Of a stretch of 64,000 nt of DNA, positions 47,374 through 56,501 are shown in pieces. Location: the NCBI GenBank assembly GCA_965249725.1, contig CBDFMQ010000002.1, forward strand, positions 2,464,001 through 2,528,000. Reading direction: 5' to 3'. This DNA comes from Longimicrobiales bacterium (GTDB taxonomy: Bacteria; Gemmatimonadota; Gemmatimonadetes; Longimicrobiales; Gaopeijiaceae). Below the pieces are notes generated by a model. That model was not told the DNA's origin. It did not search any database and saw nothing but the letters and a program-made list of their open reading frames with translations. The translations under genes and the position numbers were made by a program. Each line of letters starts with the position of its first letter. The stretch's first letter is position 1.

Positions 47374-48531
47374 ATGACTGACCCAGCTTCGAACCTGCCC
47401 GCCGGCGGAGCTCGCGCGCCCGGCCTTCTCAAGCGGTACCTCCTCCCCGGATTCGTCTTTCAGTCGGTGATTATCGCCGGCGGATACGGCACTGGAAGGG
47501 AGTTGGCCGAGTTCTTCCTGCCCTACGGTCCCAAGGGCGGACTCCTGGCCATGATGCTGGTGTCCATGACGTTTTGGTCGCTTGTGTGCGCCGTCGCCTT
47601 CGAGTACGCGCGGGTCTTCCAGGCGTATGACTACCGGACCTTCTGTAAGCATCTACTTGGTCGCGGGTGGGTGGTCTTCGAGTTGACCTATGCCGCCCTG
47701 CTGATGGTCGTGTTGGCCGTGATCGCTTCGGCGGCGGGCTCGATTCTGCAGGAGACGTTCGAGCTCCCGTATGCCGTGGGCGTCGTCGGAATCATGGTGG
47801 CGATCGGGTTCCTGGTTTTCGAGGGGACCGGCCTCATCGAGAAGGTGCTGGCCAGCTGGTCCTTCGTGCTCTACGGCACGTTCATCGTCTTGTTCGGCTG
47901 GTCATTGTCGGCGTTCAGTTCGGAGATCTCGACGGCACTCGAGACGGTTCCCGTAGGCAAGGGCTGGTTCGTGGGGGGCATCGCCTACGCGGCGTACAAC
48001 GTGGCGATCATCCCCGTGCTGCTCTTCGGGGTGAGACATGTGACCACCCGGAAGGAAGCGTTGATCGCGGGGGGCCTCTCCGGACCCATCGCGATCATTC
48101 CGGGCTTCTTTCTGCTCCTGGCTATGATCAGCCAGTACCCCGCCATAGCCGACGAGACGGTGCCCGTGAACCTGATCCTCGAAGGACTCGGCTCCCGAAC
48201 GTTCCAGATCGTATTTCAGATCTGCCTGTTCGGGACCCTCATCGAGACCGGCACCGGCCTGATCCACGGCGTGAACGAGCGGTTGGCCGTGACCTTCAAG
48301 GAGGCCGGGAAGGAGCTGCCACCGAAGGTCCGCCCGGTGATCGCCGTGACGCTGTTGGTGATCGGCGCGCTGCTGGCCCAGTTCGGACTGATCGGCCTGA
48401 TCGCCCGTGGGTACGGCACGCTCACATGGATCTTTCTGGTCGTGGTCTTGCTGCCTCTCCTGACCTGGGGCGTGTGGCAGATCGCGACCGCCGACACGGC
48501 ACGAGAGGGCGCAACCGCCCCCACGGCCTAG
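47374..48531 (+). CDS. YkvI-like membrane protein (putative amino acid/peptide permease)
   Basis: GGYGTGRELAEFF motif, about 10 TM segments; TTGACA-N17-CACGCT directly upstream. Confidence 0.82.
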   Translation: MTDPASNLPAGGARAPGLLKRYLLPGFVFQSVIIAGGYGTGRELAEFFLPYGPKGGLLAMMLVSMTFWSLVCAVAFEYARVFQAYDYRTFCKHLLGRGWVVFELTYAALLMVVLAVIASAAGSILQETFELPYAVGVVGIMVAIGFLVFEGTGLIEKVLASWSFVLYGTFIVLFGWSLSAFSSEISTALETVPVGKGWFVGGIAYAAYNVAIIPVLLFGVRHVTTRKEALIAGGLSGPIAIIPGFFLLLAMISQYPAIADETVPVNLILEGLGSRTFQIVFQICLFGTLIETGTGLIHGVNERLAVTFKEAGKELPPKVRPVIAVTLLVIGALLAQFGLIGLIARGYGTLTWIFLVVVLLPLLTWGVWQIATADTAREGATAPTA

Positions 48532-50321
48532 GAAATCGGTCTGCCGTCCGGCGCCTGGTAGCCGGGGCCGCGCACCATCATGCCCGGTTTGGCATTGGTG
48601 TGCTGCCCGTTCCGCACGACCGCAACGCCGTTCACGTAGACGTCCCGCATCCCCTCCGACACCTGGTGGGGCTCCTCGAACGTGGCCCGGTCGATGATCG
48701 TCTCAGGGTCGAAGATCACGAGATCGGCGTAGAAGCCCTCCTTGAGTACGCCGCGATCGGGGATCGAAAGGCGCGTGGCCACAGCCGAACTCATCTTCCG
48801 GATGGCGTCCTCCAGCGGCAGCACCCCCTGATCCCGCACATAGCGACCGAGAATGCGCGGGTAGGTTCCGTAGCTCCTCGGATGCACCAAAGCACCTGAT
48901 GCGTCCGGATTCACACCGCCGGCATCGGTCCCGAACTTGATCCACGGCTGCTGCATCTGTAGGGCGACGTTCTCCTCGCTCATGAGGAAGTAGATGGTGC
49001 CCACGCGCTGACGTTCGTCGAGAACCAGGTCCATCGCGGTATCGATCCAGTCCTTGCCCATCTCTGCCGCGATGTCGTCCAGGTAACGACCCACGTACTG
49101 CTGGTTCTCGGGCTTATCCAGGCCGAGAATCAGAACACCCGCCGGCGTGGCGAGAGTGCAGAAGCTCTCCCAAACCTCCTGCTGGTTCTCGATCTCCTCA
49201 CGGATCCGCTGCCGCGCCTCACTATCCGCGAGGTTGGCGAAGAGCTTTCCATCTGCAGAGGCCGACGGAGGGAAACACGCGTTGAGTCCCGTGCCGCCTG
49301 CGACATACGGGTACATGTTGGCCTGCACGTCCACTCCGGCGGCCCGGGCCGAGTCGATCTTGGCGATCGCGAGAGCGGCCTTGTCCCAGTTGCGCCGGCC
49401 TGCGGCCTTGAGGTGATAGATCTCCACCGGTACTCCCCCGCGATCCCCGATCTCGATGGCCTCATCGATCGCCTCCAGATAGTCGTCCGCCTCGGAGCGC
49501 ATGTGCGTGATGTACACGCCTCCGTAGCCGGCCATCGCCCCGGCGATCTCACCCAGCTCGGCGGTCGACGCGAAGTTGCCCGGGGGATAGACCAGGGCCG
49601 ACGCGATACCGAACGCACCGTCCTCCATGGCCCGCCTCACCACCGCCTTCATCGTGTCCAGCTCCGCGGGTGCGGCAGCCCCCATGCGCATTCCGACCGC
49701 GTACGTACGCACCGTGCTAGCCCCGAGGAACGAGCCCTGGTTGGCCGACGTGCCGTGTGCCTCCATGGCCTTCAACCACGCGTCGAAGCCGTGATCACCG
49801 GAAAAGCTGCGAGCCAGGCGGTCGGCCTGTGAGTCGTCGTCCTCACGTGGCCCAAGGTCCGACGGGTTCACCGGGGCGTTCGTGCTGCCCTCCCCCATGA
49901 TCTCCGTCGTGATGCCCTGTGTGACCTTGCTGATGACCCTTCCGTCTCCCTCGAGGAAGGAGTAGCGCGAGTGGCTCTGGATATCGATGAAGCCAGGGGC
50001 GACCACGTGTCCGAAGGCATCGACCCGCTCGACCGTCGACGCTCGGCGCAGCATGCCGCGGGGTGCGATCTCGGCGATGCGGCCGTCCTTCACGGCCAGG
50101 TCTCCGAAGAACCATGCGTTGCCGGTCCCGTCTACGATCTTCCCGTTCTCGATGATGAGATCGTACTGGACCCCGGGCTCGGGTGCCGGCTCGACCGCGG
50201 GCTCTGGCTCCGGAGCGGGAAGAGGCACCGCTACCGCAGGGGGAGGCGTACCCGCTCCGCATGAGGAGAGGGCCAAGACAGTGAAGAACAGGGCGAGCGG
50301 TCGTAAACGAAGCAGGTACAT
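48528..50321 (-). CDS. N-acyl-D-amino-acid deacylase (amidohydrolase), lipoprotein
   Basis: LSSC lipobox, VAPGFIDIQSH, HMRSE, IYHLK, HPRSYGTYPR. Confidence 0.9.
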   Translation of the reverse strand: MYLLRLRPLALFFTVLALSSCGAGTPPPAVAVPLPAPEPEPAVEPAPEPGVQYDLIIENGKIVDGTGNAWFFGDLAVKDGRIAEIAPRGMLRRASTVERVDAFGHVVAPGFIDIQSHSRYSFLEGDGRVISKVTQGITTEIMGEGSTNAPVNPSDLGPREDDDSQADRLARSFSGDHGFDAWLKAMEAHGTSANQGSFLGASTVRTYAVGMRMGAAAPAELDTMKAVVRRAMEDGAFGIASALVYPPGNFASTAELGEIAGAMAGYGGVYITHMRSEADDYLEAIDEAIEIGDRGGVPVEIYHLKAAGRRNWDKAALAIAKIDSARAAGVDVQANMYPYVAGGTGLNACFPPSASADGKLFANLADSEARQRIREEIENQQEVWESFCTLATPAGVLILGLDKPENQQYVGRYLDDIAAEMGKDWIDTAMDLVLDERQRVGTIYFLMSEENVALQMQQPWIKFGTDAGGVNPDASGALVHPRSYGTYPRILGRYVRDQGVLPLEDAIRKMSSAVATRLSIPDRGVLKEGFYADLVIFDPETIIDRATFEEPHQVSEGMRDVYVNGVAVVRNGQHTNAKPGMMVRGPGYQAPDGRPIS

Positions 50322-50325
50322 TCTG

Positions 50326-51456
50326 TCACCGATATCCGTAGTAAGTGCGGCCTTGAGGCGGCGAGGGCGGAGGCGGAGGTGTCCAGCGCCCAGACTCGTA
50401 GTCGAACCAGCGCTCGAAGAGCCGGGCAGAGAACTCGCCGCCCGCGTCGGGGTCGAGCCCCCTCAGTACCTCGCCCATGACACCGGAATAACCCGCCTGG
50501 GCGACGCTGATGAGGGCCGTGAGTCCATCGTACGCGTCCCCGAAGCTCTCGGCCGTGAAGGTCACGGATCCTGAGTCGTAGCGAATGCCGGGCACCCCTT
50601 CGAGAGAGGCCAGTGAAGCCGGTGGCACGGCATCGAGGGTCGCCTCGACCGGAGTCGCGGCCCGCATGACCCGGGCACTGCCGAGTCCCTCAATGGCGGC
50701 CTGAGCTTCCGCACGGAGCTGGGCCCGGACTTCGTCGACGGGATACACCTCGGCCGTGGAGGCGCTGGTGGCCTCCTTCACCGTCACGTATCGGATCCAG
50801 GGCATCGTCGCCAGATCGGCCGCGAGCTTGTCATCGCCTGATGCGAAGATGACAGGGACGCCGACCCGACCCCAGGAGAGGGCCACGATCTCGGTCTCGG
50901 TGATGCTCTGCCCATTGAGCCGGACTCCGATGCCGAGCGTGTAGGTGTGAGAGGCAAAGCCCCGGCTTCCCGTCTTGGCATGCATCCCCACCACGGCCAC
51001 CGCGTCGAAGGCACCCGCCTCGACGATATCGACGTAGGCCTCGAAGGGCTCCGACCGGCTGAGCATCTCGGCTCGCGGGTCGAGCCGATCGAGAATGATG
51101 TCGGGCTCCGGACTGCCACTCCCATGCCCATCCACGACCCGCACCACGTCCGCTCCTCCGTCGAACAACCCAGCGATGACGGCGTTCACGTCCCCGATTA
51201 GATATTCCCGGCCCTGCGGATAGAACTCGGTATTGCGAGCCGAGAACGTGCGGGGGTCCGACTGACCGGAAAGGCCTTCCATGTCGTGCAGGACCAACAC
51301 CCGGAGCTCACCATCGTCGTCGGGCGCCGGGTCGGCGAGGGTCCACGGATCGCCTTGGCCGACGTTGCCGTCAACGTCCTGCCCGGACTCTATTGCGCAC
51401 CCCGCCAAGGCCGCGCTCGTCAGGAGTGTCAGGGCCCAGTGTGCTCGAAACTTCAT
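50326..51456 (-). CDS. M55 D-aminopeptidase (DppA-like), lipoprotein
   Basis: LAGC lipobox, DMEG, DGHG, GMHAK, SHT, SGDD. Confidence 0.87.
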   Translation of the reverse strand: MKFRAHWALTLLTSAALAGCAIESGQDVDGNVGQGDPWTLADPAPDDDGELRVLVLHDMEGLSGQSDPRTFSARNTEFYPQGREYLIGDVNAVIAGLFDGGADVVRVVDGHGSGSPEPDIILDRLDPRAEMLSRSEPFEAYVDIVEAGAFDAVAVVGMHAKTGSRGFASHTYTLGIGVRLNGQSITETEIVALSWGRVGVPVIFASGDDKLAADLATMPWIRYVTVKEATSASTAEVYPVDEVRAQLRAEAQAAIEGLGSARVMRAATPVEATLDAVPPASLASLEGVPGIRYDSGSVTFTAESFGDAYDGLTALISVAQAGYSGVMGEVLRGLDPDAGGEFSARLFERWFDYESGRWTPPPPPSPPQGRTYYGYR

Positions 51457-51572
51457 GCTTCGGTGCCTCTCGGCGTGGGAGATCCGGCCATGGCCAGCAT
51501 GATAGGGACGAACGACTCCCGGAGCCACGCTCCGGTCTTGCCCAGGACATCCTCTCGCTGAACCTTGCCCGC

Positions 51573-52274
51573 ATGCCCACGCGACTTTTGAGCCCAGAGC
51601 AATTCAAGGAGGCTGATCGAGCCGGACGCGATCAGACGGAACTGGCCCACCTGCCGTGGCAGAAGAGAGCACTCGACATCGCGCTGTCCTTGGGCCTCCT
51701 GGCGGTTCTCGCCCCGCTCATGCTCCTCATCGCCATCGTGATCCACTTAGAGGGATTGTTCCGGCCGTCCATCCGAGGCCCGACGTTCCTATCGGAACCG
51801 CGAGGCTCGGAGGGGAAGGTCTTCCGGATTCCGAAGTTCCGGATCATTCGCATGGACGTGTACCGGAAGGTCTCGGCCGAGCAGAAGTACCTTCACATCA
51901 AGCCGATGGAGCGGGTCCCGGAGAACCTCACGGCGACGGGGCACTACCTCAAGAAGTTCTACCTCGACGAGCTTCCTCAGCTCTTCTCTATCCTGAGGGG
52001 TGACATGAGCTTCGTCGGCCCCCGACCGTGGCCGCTCGAGCCGTACTACGACGAGATCGAGCGCGGCATCCTCAGGAAGAAGTTGATCCGGCCGGGGCTG
52101 ACCGGGTTGGTCCAGGCGAACAAAGGGAATGCCGACTCGCGAGACGAGTGGACGCTCGACTACTCGTACCTCGGATTCATGGCCTCGAGCCGCAGCGGTT
52201 GGGCCAAGTTGTGGTTCGACCTCAACATCATGTTCTGGTCCCTCAAGACCGTGCTTCAGGCCAAGGGTCTCTAG
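51573..52274 (+). CDS. Bacterial sugar transferase (PglC/WcaJ-like phosphoglycosyl transferase domain)
   Basis: KRALD, KFR, LDELPQL, GDMSFVGPRP, PGLTGLVQ. Confidence 0.9.
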   Translation: MPTRLLSPEQFKEADRAGRDQTELAHLPWQKRALDIALSLGLLAVLAPLMLLIAIVIHLEGLFRPSIRGPTFLSEPRGSEGKVFRIPKFRIIRMDVYRKVSAEQKYLHIKPMERVPENLTATGHYLKKFYLDELPQLFSILRGDMSFVGPRPWPLEPYYDEIERGILRKKLIRPGLTGLVQANKGNADSRDEWTLDYSYLGFMASSRSGWAKLWFDLNIMFWSLKTVLQAKGL

Positions 52275-52330
52275 GGGACTCCCACGGCTGGGCACAACTG
52301 GGAACCCCCGCGGGATTGACTCCGGCCATA

Positions 52331-52375
52331 TCTACCTGTTACAAGTATACCTTCTGATAGTATACCTGTAAGCTA
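52331..52375. promoter_or_regulatory. Tandem overlapping PadR operators
   Basis: TCTAC-N9-GTATA and TATAC-N9-GTATA at 15-bp period, downstream of TTGACT (52316). Confidence 0.7.
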
Positions 52376-52386
52376 GCGAGGGGATT

Positions 52387-52764
52387 GTGGCCACGACTCC
52401 ATCGAGGGCGGCGGCGGATGACGTCGACCGGCATGTCCCGCTGACCAACCTGGCGTTTCTGATCCTTCTCGCCCTCGCCGATCAAGACCTGCACGGGTAC
52501 GCCCTCATCAAAGAGATAGACGCGCGTTCGGGCGGATACACGAAGCTGCGCTCCGGCACGTTGTACGCCGCGATGCGTAGGCTCGACGCGGCCGGCCTGG
52601 TCTGTGAGTCCGGGGAACGTCCGGCACCCGACCAGGACGACCAACGCCGGCGGTACTACGGGATCACCGAGTTGGGGCTGGCGGTCGTGCGGGCCGAAGC
52701 CAACCGCCTGGCAGGCCTGCTGAACGCGGCGGAGAGTAAGAACCTCGTGGGCGAGGGGGCCTAG
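52387..52764 (+). CDS. PadR family transcriptional regulator
   Basis: HGYALI, GTLYAAMRRL, RRRYYGIT. Confidence 0.92.
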   Translation: MATTPSRAAADDVDRHVPLTNLAFLILLALADQDLHGYALIKEIDARSGGYTKLRSGTLYAAMRRLDAAGLVCESGERPAPDQDDQRRRYYGITELGLAVVRAEANRLAGLLNAAESKNLVGEGA

Positions 52765-52774
52765 GGCGCCGACG

Positions 52775-55543
52775 ATGCGGGCTCCCCTACCCCGACCCAT
52801 CGTCCACGTCACCCGGTGGCTGTGCCGTCTTGCCCTACGGGCGTTCCCCCATGTTGAGAGGGACTCCGACGGCCCGGCGCTTGAGGCCGCCGTCCTGGAC
52901 GCACTGGCCTCAGCCCTTCGCACGCGTGGCTGGCTCGGTGTGATCTGGACCTTGGTGGCGGAGACGACGGACGTGGTGTGGGCGGGGATCGGGATGAGGC
53001 TTCGGGCTCCCGATCGGGGGGTCGGGGAGCCGAGCGGGCGGGGCGGAGCGATGGGGGGATGGGTACGGGACCTGCACTTCGCATTTAGGGGTCTACGTAG
53101 AAACCCGGGATTCGCCTGGGCAGCCGTATCCGTGCTAGCACTCGGCATCGGCGCCAGCACGGCGATCTTCTCGGTGGTGGACGGAGTCCTCCTCCGTCCC
53201 CTGCCCTATCCCGAGCCCGACCGTCTGGTCCTCCTATGGAACCACATCGAGAGCGAGCCGAGCCGAATGATCCCCATCGCCGGCCCGGACGTCGCCGTGT
53301 TCAGAGAACGAACGCGGCTCTTTGACGGCTTCGCTTTTGCGAGCCGGGTTACGGATGCGACTCTGGTCACGACAGACCCGACGCATGTCCGTATGGCGCT
53401 GATCACATCGGATTTCTTCGACCTTCTGGGCTCTTCGGCGCAGTTGGGCCGGACGTTCGTGCCTGAAGACGGCGCCGCCCCCACGGACGATGACGGCCCG
53501 ACCGTGGGCACGCCGCCAGCTCCGTTGGTGCTGAGCCACGGCTTCTGGGTTCGCAGGTTCGGTCAGGCACCGGACGTGGTCGGGCGCACGGTCCGGGTCA
53601 ATGGCGAGGCCACCATGGTCGTAGGCGTGATGCCGGAGGACTTCTCCGTGCTGCTCCCGCCCCACTCGGGCATCCCCGCAGACGTGGACGCCTGGTCGCC
53701 AATCCGCGTCGAGCTCCGGGCGTTCGAGCGAACGAGCGGCCGTGCCCTGGACCAGGATTCGGACAACAGCGGCGCGGTTCTGGCTCGTCTCGCCCGCGGC
53801 GTCACGCTCGCCCAGGCCCAGCGCGAGATGGACGCCGTCTCGCTCGATCTACGTCGGGAGGTGCCGTCCTACGAGGCTGCGCGTCTCGGGGTGGAAGTGC
53901 GCTCAATGCAGGATGACCTCACACGACGGGCGCGTCCAACGCTGATCGCCGTTTGGGCAGCGGGCGGCTTCCTCCTCCTGATCGCCTGCCTCAACGTGGC
54001 CCTCCTGGTCCTAGCTCGAAGTACCGGACGGGTCTCCGAGTTCGCCCTTCGTACCGCCTTGGGGGCGAGGCGCCTCCGGATCGTGAGACAGATCACCGTC
54101 GAGAATCTCACCCTCGCTGCGCTGGGATGCGTCGCCGGATGGATCCTGGCAGGCGTCGGCGTCGACATTCTGCTTCGATTCGCTCCGCCCGGGCTGCCTC
54201 GCCTGGATGGAGTCGGTGTCGACGGAAGATCACTCGGCTTTGCGGTGACGTGCGCCGTCGTCGCCGCCGTGATCTTCGGGGGCCTTCCTGGCCTGCTGAC
54301 GCTGCGCACCTCCGGAAGGGCGGCGCTCGGCTCCGGGGGCGGACTCGGTAGCCGGCGTACCAGCAGGGCCCGCTCGGCGTTCGTCGTCGGTGAAGTCGCC
54401 CTGGCGGTCGTATTGCTCGCGACCGGAGGGCTGCTGGTCCGGTCCGTGAAGGAACTCGAGCGAGTCAGGCCGGGGTTCGACGCGGAGGGAGTCCTCACCT
54501 TCTCACTCTCCCTCAGGGGAGCCAATCAATATTCGGGCCCGGGAGACCGTGCGCGCTTCGTCAGGGCCTTCGAGGACCAGGTAGAGGCAATCCCGGGAGT
54601 CGAGGGTGTTGGCCTGGTCGGACGGCTACCCCTCGGAGGCCGTGCCTGGACACAGCCGTACGGACTGCCCGGACAAGGCGAGAGGCAGTGGGCCGAGAAC
54701 CGGGCCGACTTCCGGATGGTCACGTCCAACTACTTCCGGGCCATCGGTAGCCGGCTGCTCGAGGGGCGCTCGTTCACCGAGGAGGAGGACCTCATTGAGG
54801 AGCGCCGGGTCGCGGTCATCGACGAAAAGCTGGCTCGCCGACTCGCCCCGGGGGGATCAGCGCTCGGCCTGAGGATCGGGATTCCGTTGGACGGGGATCC
54901 AGTGGAGGCCGAGGTGGTGGGAGTGGTGGAGGATGTGCGCTACGAGGATCTCAAGGCCGAGGGTCGCGAAGCCATCTATGTCCCGTATCGGCAGGAGGCG
55001 TCGCGTGACGTGGCGTTCGCGGTGCGAACCCAAGTGGACCCCGAAACCGTGACCACACCGATCCGGCTGGTCCTACAGGCGTTGGATCCGGAGCTGACGT
55101 TGTACGAAGTCAGGCCTATGCCGGACTATGTCCGCGCCTCCATCGCCCCGACCCGTTTCGTACTGACCTTGGTCGCCGGATTCGGGGTGGTGGCTCTGAT
55201 CTCCACGCTGATCGGGCTCTACGGGCTCATCGTGTTCACGGTGAGCGATCGAAGCCGTGAGATCGGGCTGCGTCTGGCCATCGGAGCCGATTCGGCACGT
55301 GTACTCTGGGACGTCGCCGTCGGCGGAATGAGGCTCGTCGTCGTGGGGCTGCTCGTAGGCCTCGGCCTGGCCTTCCTATTCGGATCGGCGCTCGAAGGGC
55401 TGCTGTTCGGAGTCCGAGCACTGGATCCGTCCTCACTGTTCGGGGCAGCCCTGCTGCTACTCGCGACGGCCGGCGTGGCGATTTGGGTGCCCGCTCGGCG
55501 CGCGGCGACCATCGACCCCGCCTCGGCTCTGCGCGCTCAATAG
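52775..55543 (+). CDS. ADOP-type duplicated ABC permease
   Basis: ALGIGASTAIFS, IACLNVA, REIGLRLAIGA, PARRAATIDP; N-terminal prefix. Confidence 0.92.
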   Translation: MRAPLPRPIVHVTRWLCRLALRAFPHVERDSDGPALEAAVLDALASALRTRGWLGVIWTLVAETTDVVWAGIGMRLRAPDRGVGEPSGRGGAMGGWVRDLHFAFRGLRRNPGFAWAAVSVLALGIGASTAIFSVVDGVLLRPLPYPEPDRLVLLWNHIESEPSRMIPIAGPDVAVFRERTRLFDGFAFASRVTDATLVTTDPTHVRMALITSDFFDLLGSSAQLGRTFVPEDGAAPTDDDGPTVGTPPAPLVLSHGFWVRRFGQAPDVVGRTVRVNGEATMVVGVMPEDFSVLLPPHSGIPADVDAWSPIRVELRAFERTSGRALDQDSDNSGAVLARLARGVTLAQAQREMDAVSLDLRREVPSYEAARLGVEVRSMQDDLTRRARPTLIAVWAAGGFLLLIACLNVALLVLARSTGRVSEFALRTALGARRLRIVRQITVENLTLAALGCVAGWILAGVGVDILLRFAPPGLPRLDGVGVDGRSLGFAVTCAVVAAVIFGGLPGLLTLRTSGRAALGSGGGLGSRRTSRARSAFVVGEVALAVVLLATGGLLVRSVKELERVRPGFDAEGVLTFSLSLRGANQYSGPGDRARFVRAFEDQVEAIPGVEGVGLVGRLPLGGRAWTQPYGLPGQGERQWAENRADFRMVTSNYFRAIGSRLLEGRSFTEEEDLIEERRVAVIDEKLARRLAPGGSALGLRIGIPLDGDPVEAEVVGVVEDVRYEDLKAEGREAIYVPYRQEASRDVAFAVRTQVDPETVTTPIRLVLQALDPELTLYEVRPMPDYVRASIAPTRFVLTLVAGFGVVALISTLIGLYGLIVFTVSDRSREIGLRLAIGADSARVLWDVAVGGMRLVVVGLLVGLGLAFLFGSALEGLLFGVRALDPSSLFGAALLLLATAGVAIWVPARRAATIDPASALRAQ

Positions 55544-55699
55544 GGCCCTCGGGCAGAGCTCCGATAGAGGGCGGAGCCCGTTGTGCTGCCAGTGTGACCT
55601 ATCCGTCCCGGATTTAGGACGCTCCCTACCGGCCCGCCGCGCCGATCAGTGTGGACCCAACCCCGCCACAGGGACCCGATCCTCGGATTCGGAGATCCC

Positions 55700-55726
55700 T
55701 GTAACTTCTTTGCGGTCAATCACGTA
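55700..55726 (+). promoter_or_regulatory. Candidate ECF promoter
   Basis: TGTAAC-N17-CGTA. Confidence 0.55.
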
Positions 55727-55778
55727 AGGACCCAACACACGCTCCGAAGGGCTCGGAGATGCTCTGCGGAATTCGGGT

Positions 55779-55796
55779 TTGGCCCGCTTTCTGCAT
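55779..55796 (+). promoter_or_regulatory. Candidate sigma54 promoter
   Basis: TTGGCCCG-CTTT-CTGCAT, GG-N10-GC. Confidence 0.55.
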
Positions 55797-55872
55797 AGCC
55801 CATAACAACACAAGAGTGGTGGATTGAATTGTGAAATGGTCGAATCTGGCCCGGGAAGAAGTGAGGAGAGGG

Positions 55873-55980
55873 ATGTTTATCCAGGTGACACGTCCGAGGA
55901 GCAGCAAAGCGTTACGAGTGGGGCTGATTCTGGCCTCGTGGGCATTCCTCGTACTCGGCTTCATGCTTCATAACGCATGA
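55873..55980 (+). CDS. 35-aa single-pass membrane peptide
   Basis: GAGGAG RBS; MFIQVTRPRSSKALRVGLILASWAFLVLGFMLHNA*; not in ORF track. Confidence 0.6.
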   Translation: MFIQVTRPRSSKALRVGLILASWAFLVLGFMLHNA

Positions 55981-56070
55981 TCAGATAGGCGTCCAACTAA
56001 CGGACGCCGTCCCGTTCTGCCGATTCGGCAGACGAGATAGATGGGTGGATGGGATGGGACCCGCCGTTTT

Positions 56071-56130
56071 GACTCGGTGTTGAAACCCGGTGTTGAGACT
56101 CGGTGTTGAGACTCGGTGTTGAGACTCGGT
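56071..56130. repeat. 13-bp tandem repeat (GACTCGGTGTTGA), about 4.6 copies
   Basis: Three perfect, one variant (AACCCGGTGTTGA) and one partial copy. Confidence 0.93.
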
Positions 56131-56140
56131 GGGTGGCAGG

Positions 56141-56182
56141 AGAGGCTCCGTGGCCGATGGCCGCGGGGCCTCTTTGCGTTTC
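56141..56182 (+). terminator. Probable intrinsic terminator
   Basis: AGAGGCTCCGTGGCC/GGCCGCGGGGCCTCT stem with two G-U pairs, followed by TTGCGTTT. Confidence 0.7.
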
Positions 56183-56228
56183 GCTTGTGGGTGCCGCGCC
56201 CTTCCCTCAGGTTGCGCGAAGTCCCTCT

Positions 56229-56276
56229 ACCACCCAGCGCACCACCCAGCGCACGACCCGGCGCATGACCCGGCGA
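56229..56276. repeat. Degenerate 12-bp tandem repeat (ACCACCCAGCGC), 4 copies
   Basis: ACCACCCAGCGC x2, ACGACCCGGCGC, ATGACCCGGCGA. Confidence 0.85.
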
Positions 56277-56302
56277 GCACCTGCCTCACGCGGGGGAAGC
56301 AC

Positions 56303-56464
56303 TTGGACGACGCCCGATTCCTGAGCCAATTCAAATCTCGTACGCTTCCGTACGACCCGTCGGCGGCCTTCTGCGAGGGACACCCTGATTTTCTCGACAA
56401 GAACGTCCTGCTGAACTTCTATTCCAACGAGCGGCTCATGAGCGCTTCGCGATCACGGCGCTAG
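56303..56464 (+). pseudogene. Internally deleted relic of a conserved hypothetical protein
   Basis: MDDARFLSQFKSRTLP joined to AFCEGHPDFLDKNVLLNFYSNERLMS; both ends resemble a family I recall as longer, with a central HxxH region. Confidence 0.5.
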
Positions 56465-56501
56465 CCCGGACGCTGCTCGGCGGCTAGATGCTGCTCGGCA
56501 G

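Noticed and set aside
55716..55964. 82-aa minus-strand ORF
   Set aside because: No RBS, and it overlaps the better-supported plus-strand peptide and its promoters
56071..56276. Repeats as a CRISPR array
   Set aside because: Units are 12-13 bp, head-to-tail without unique spacers; no cas genes
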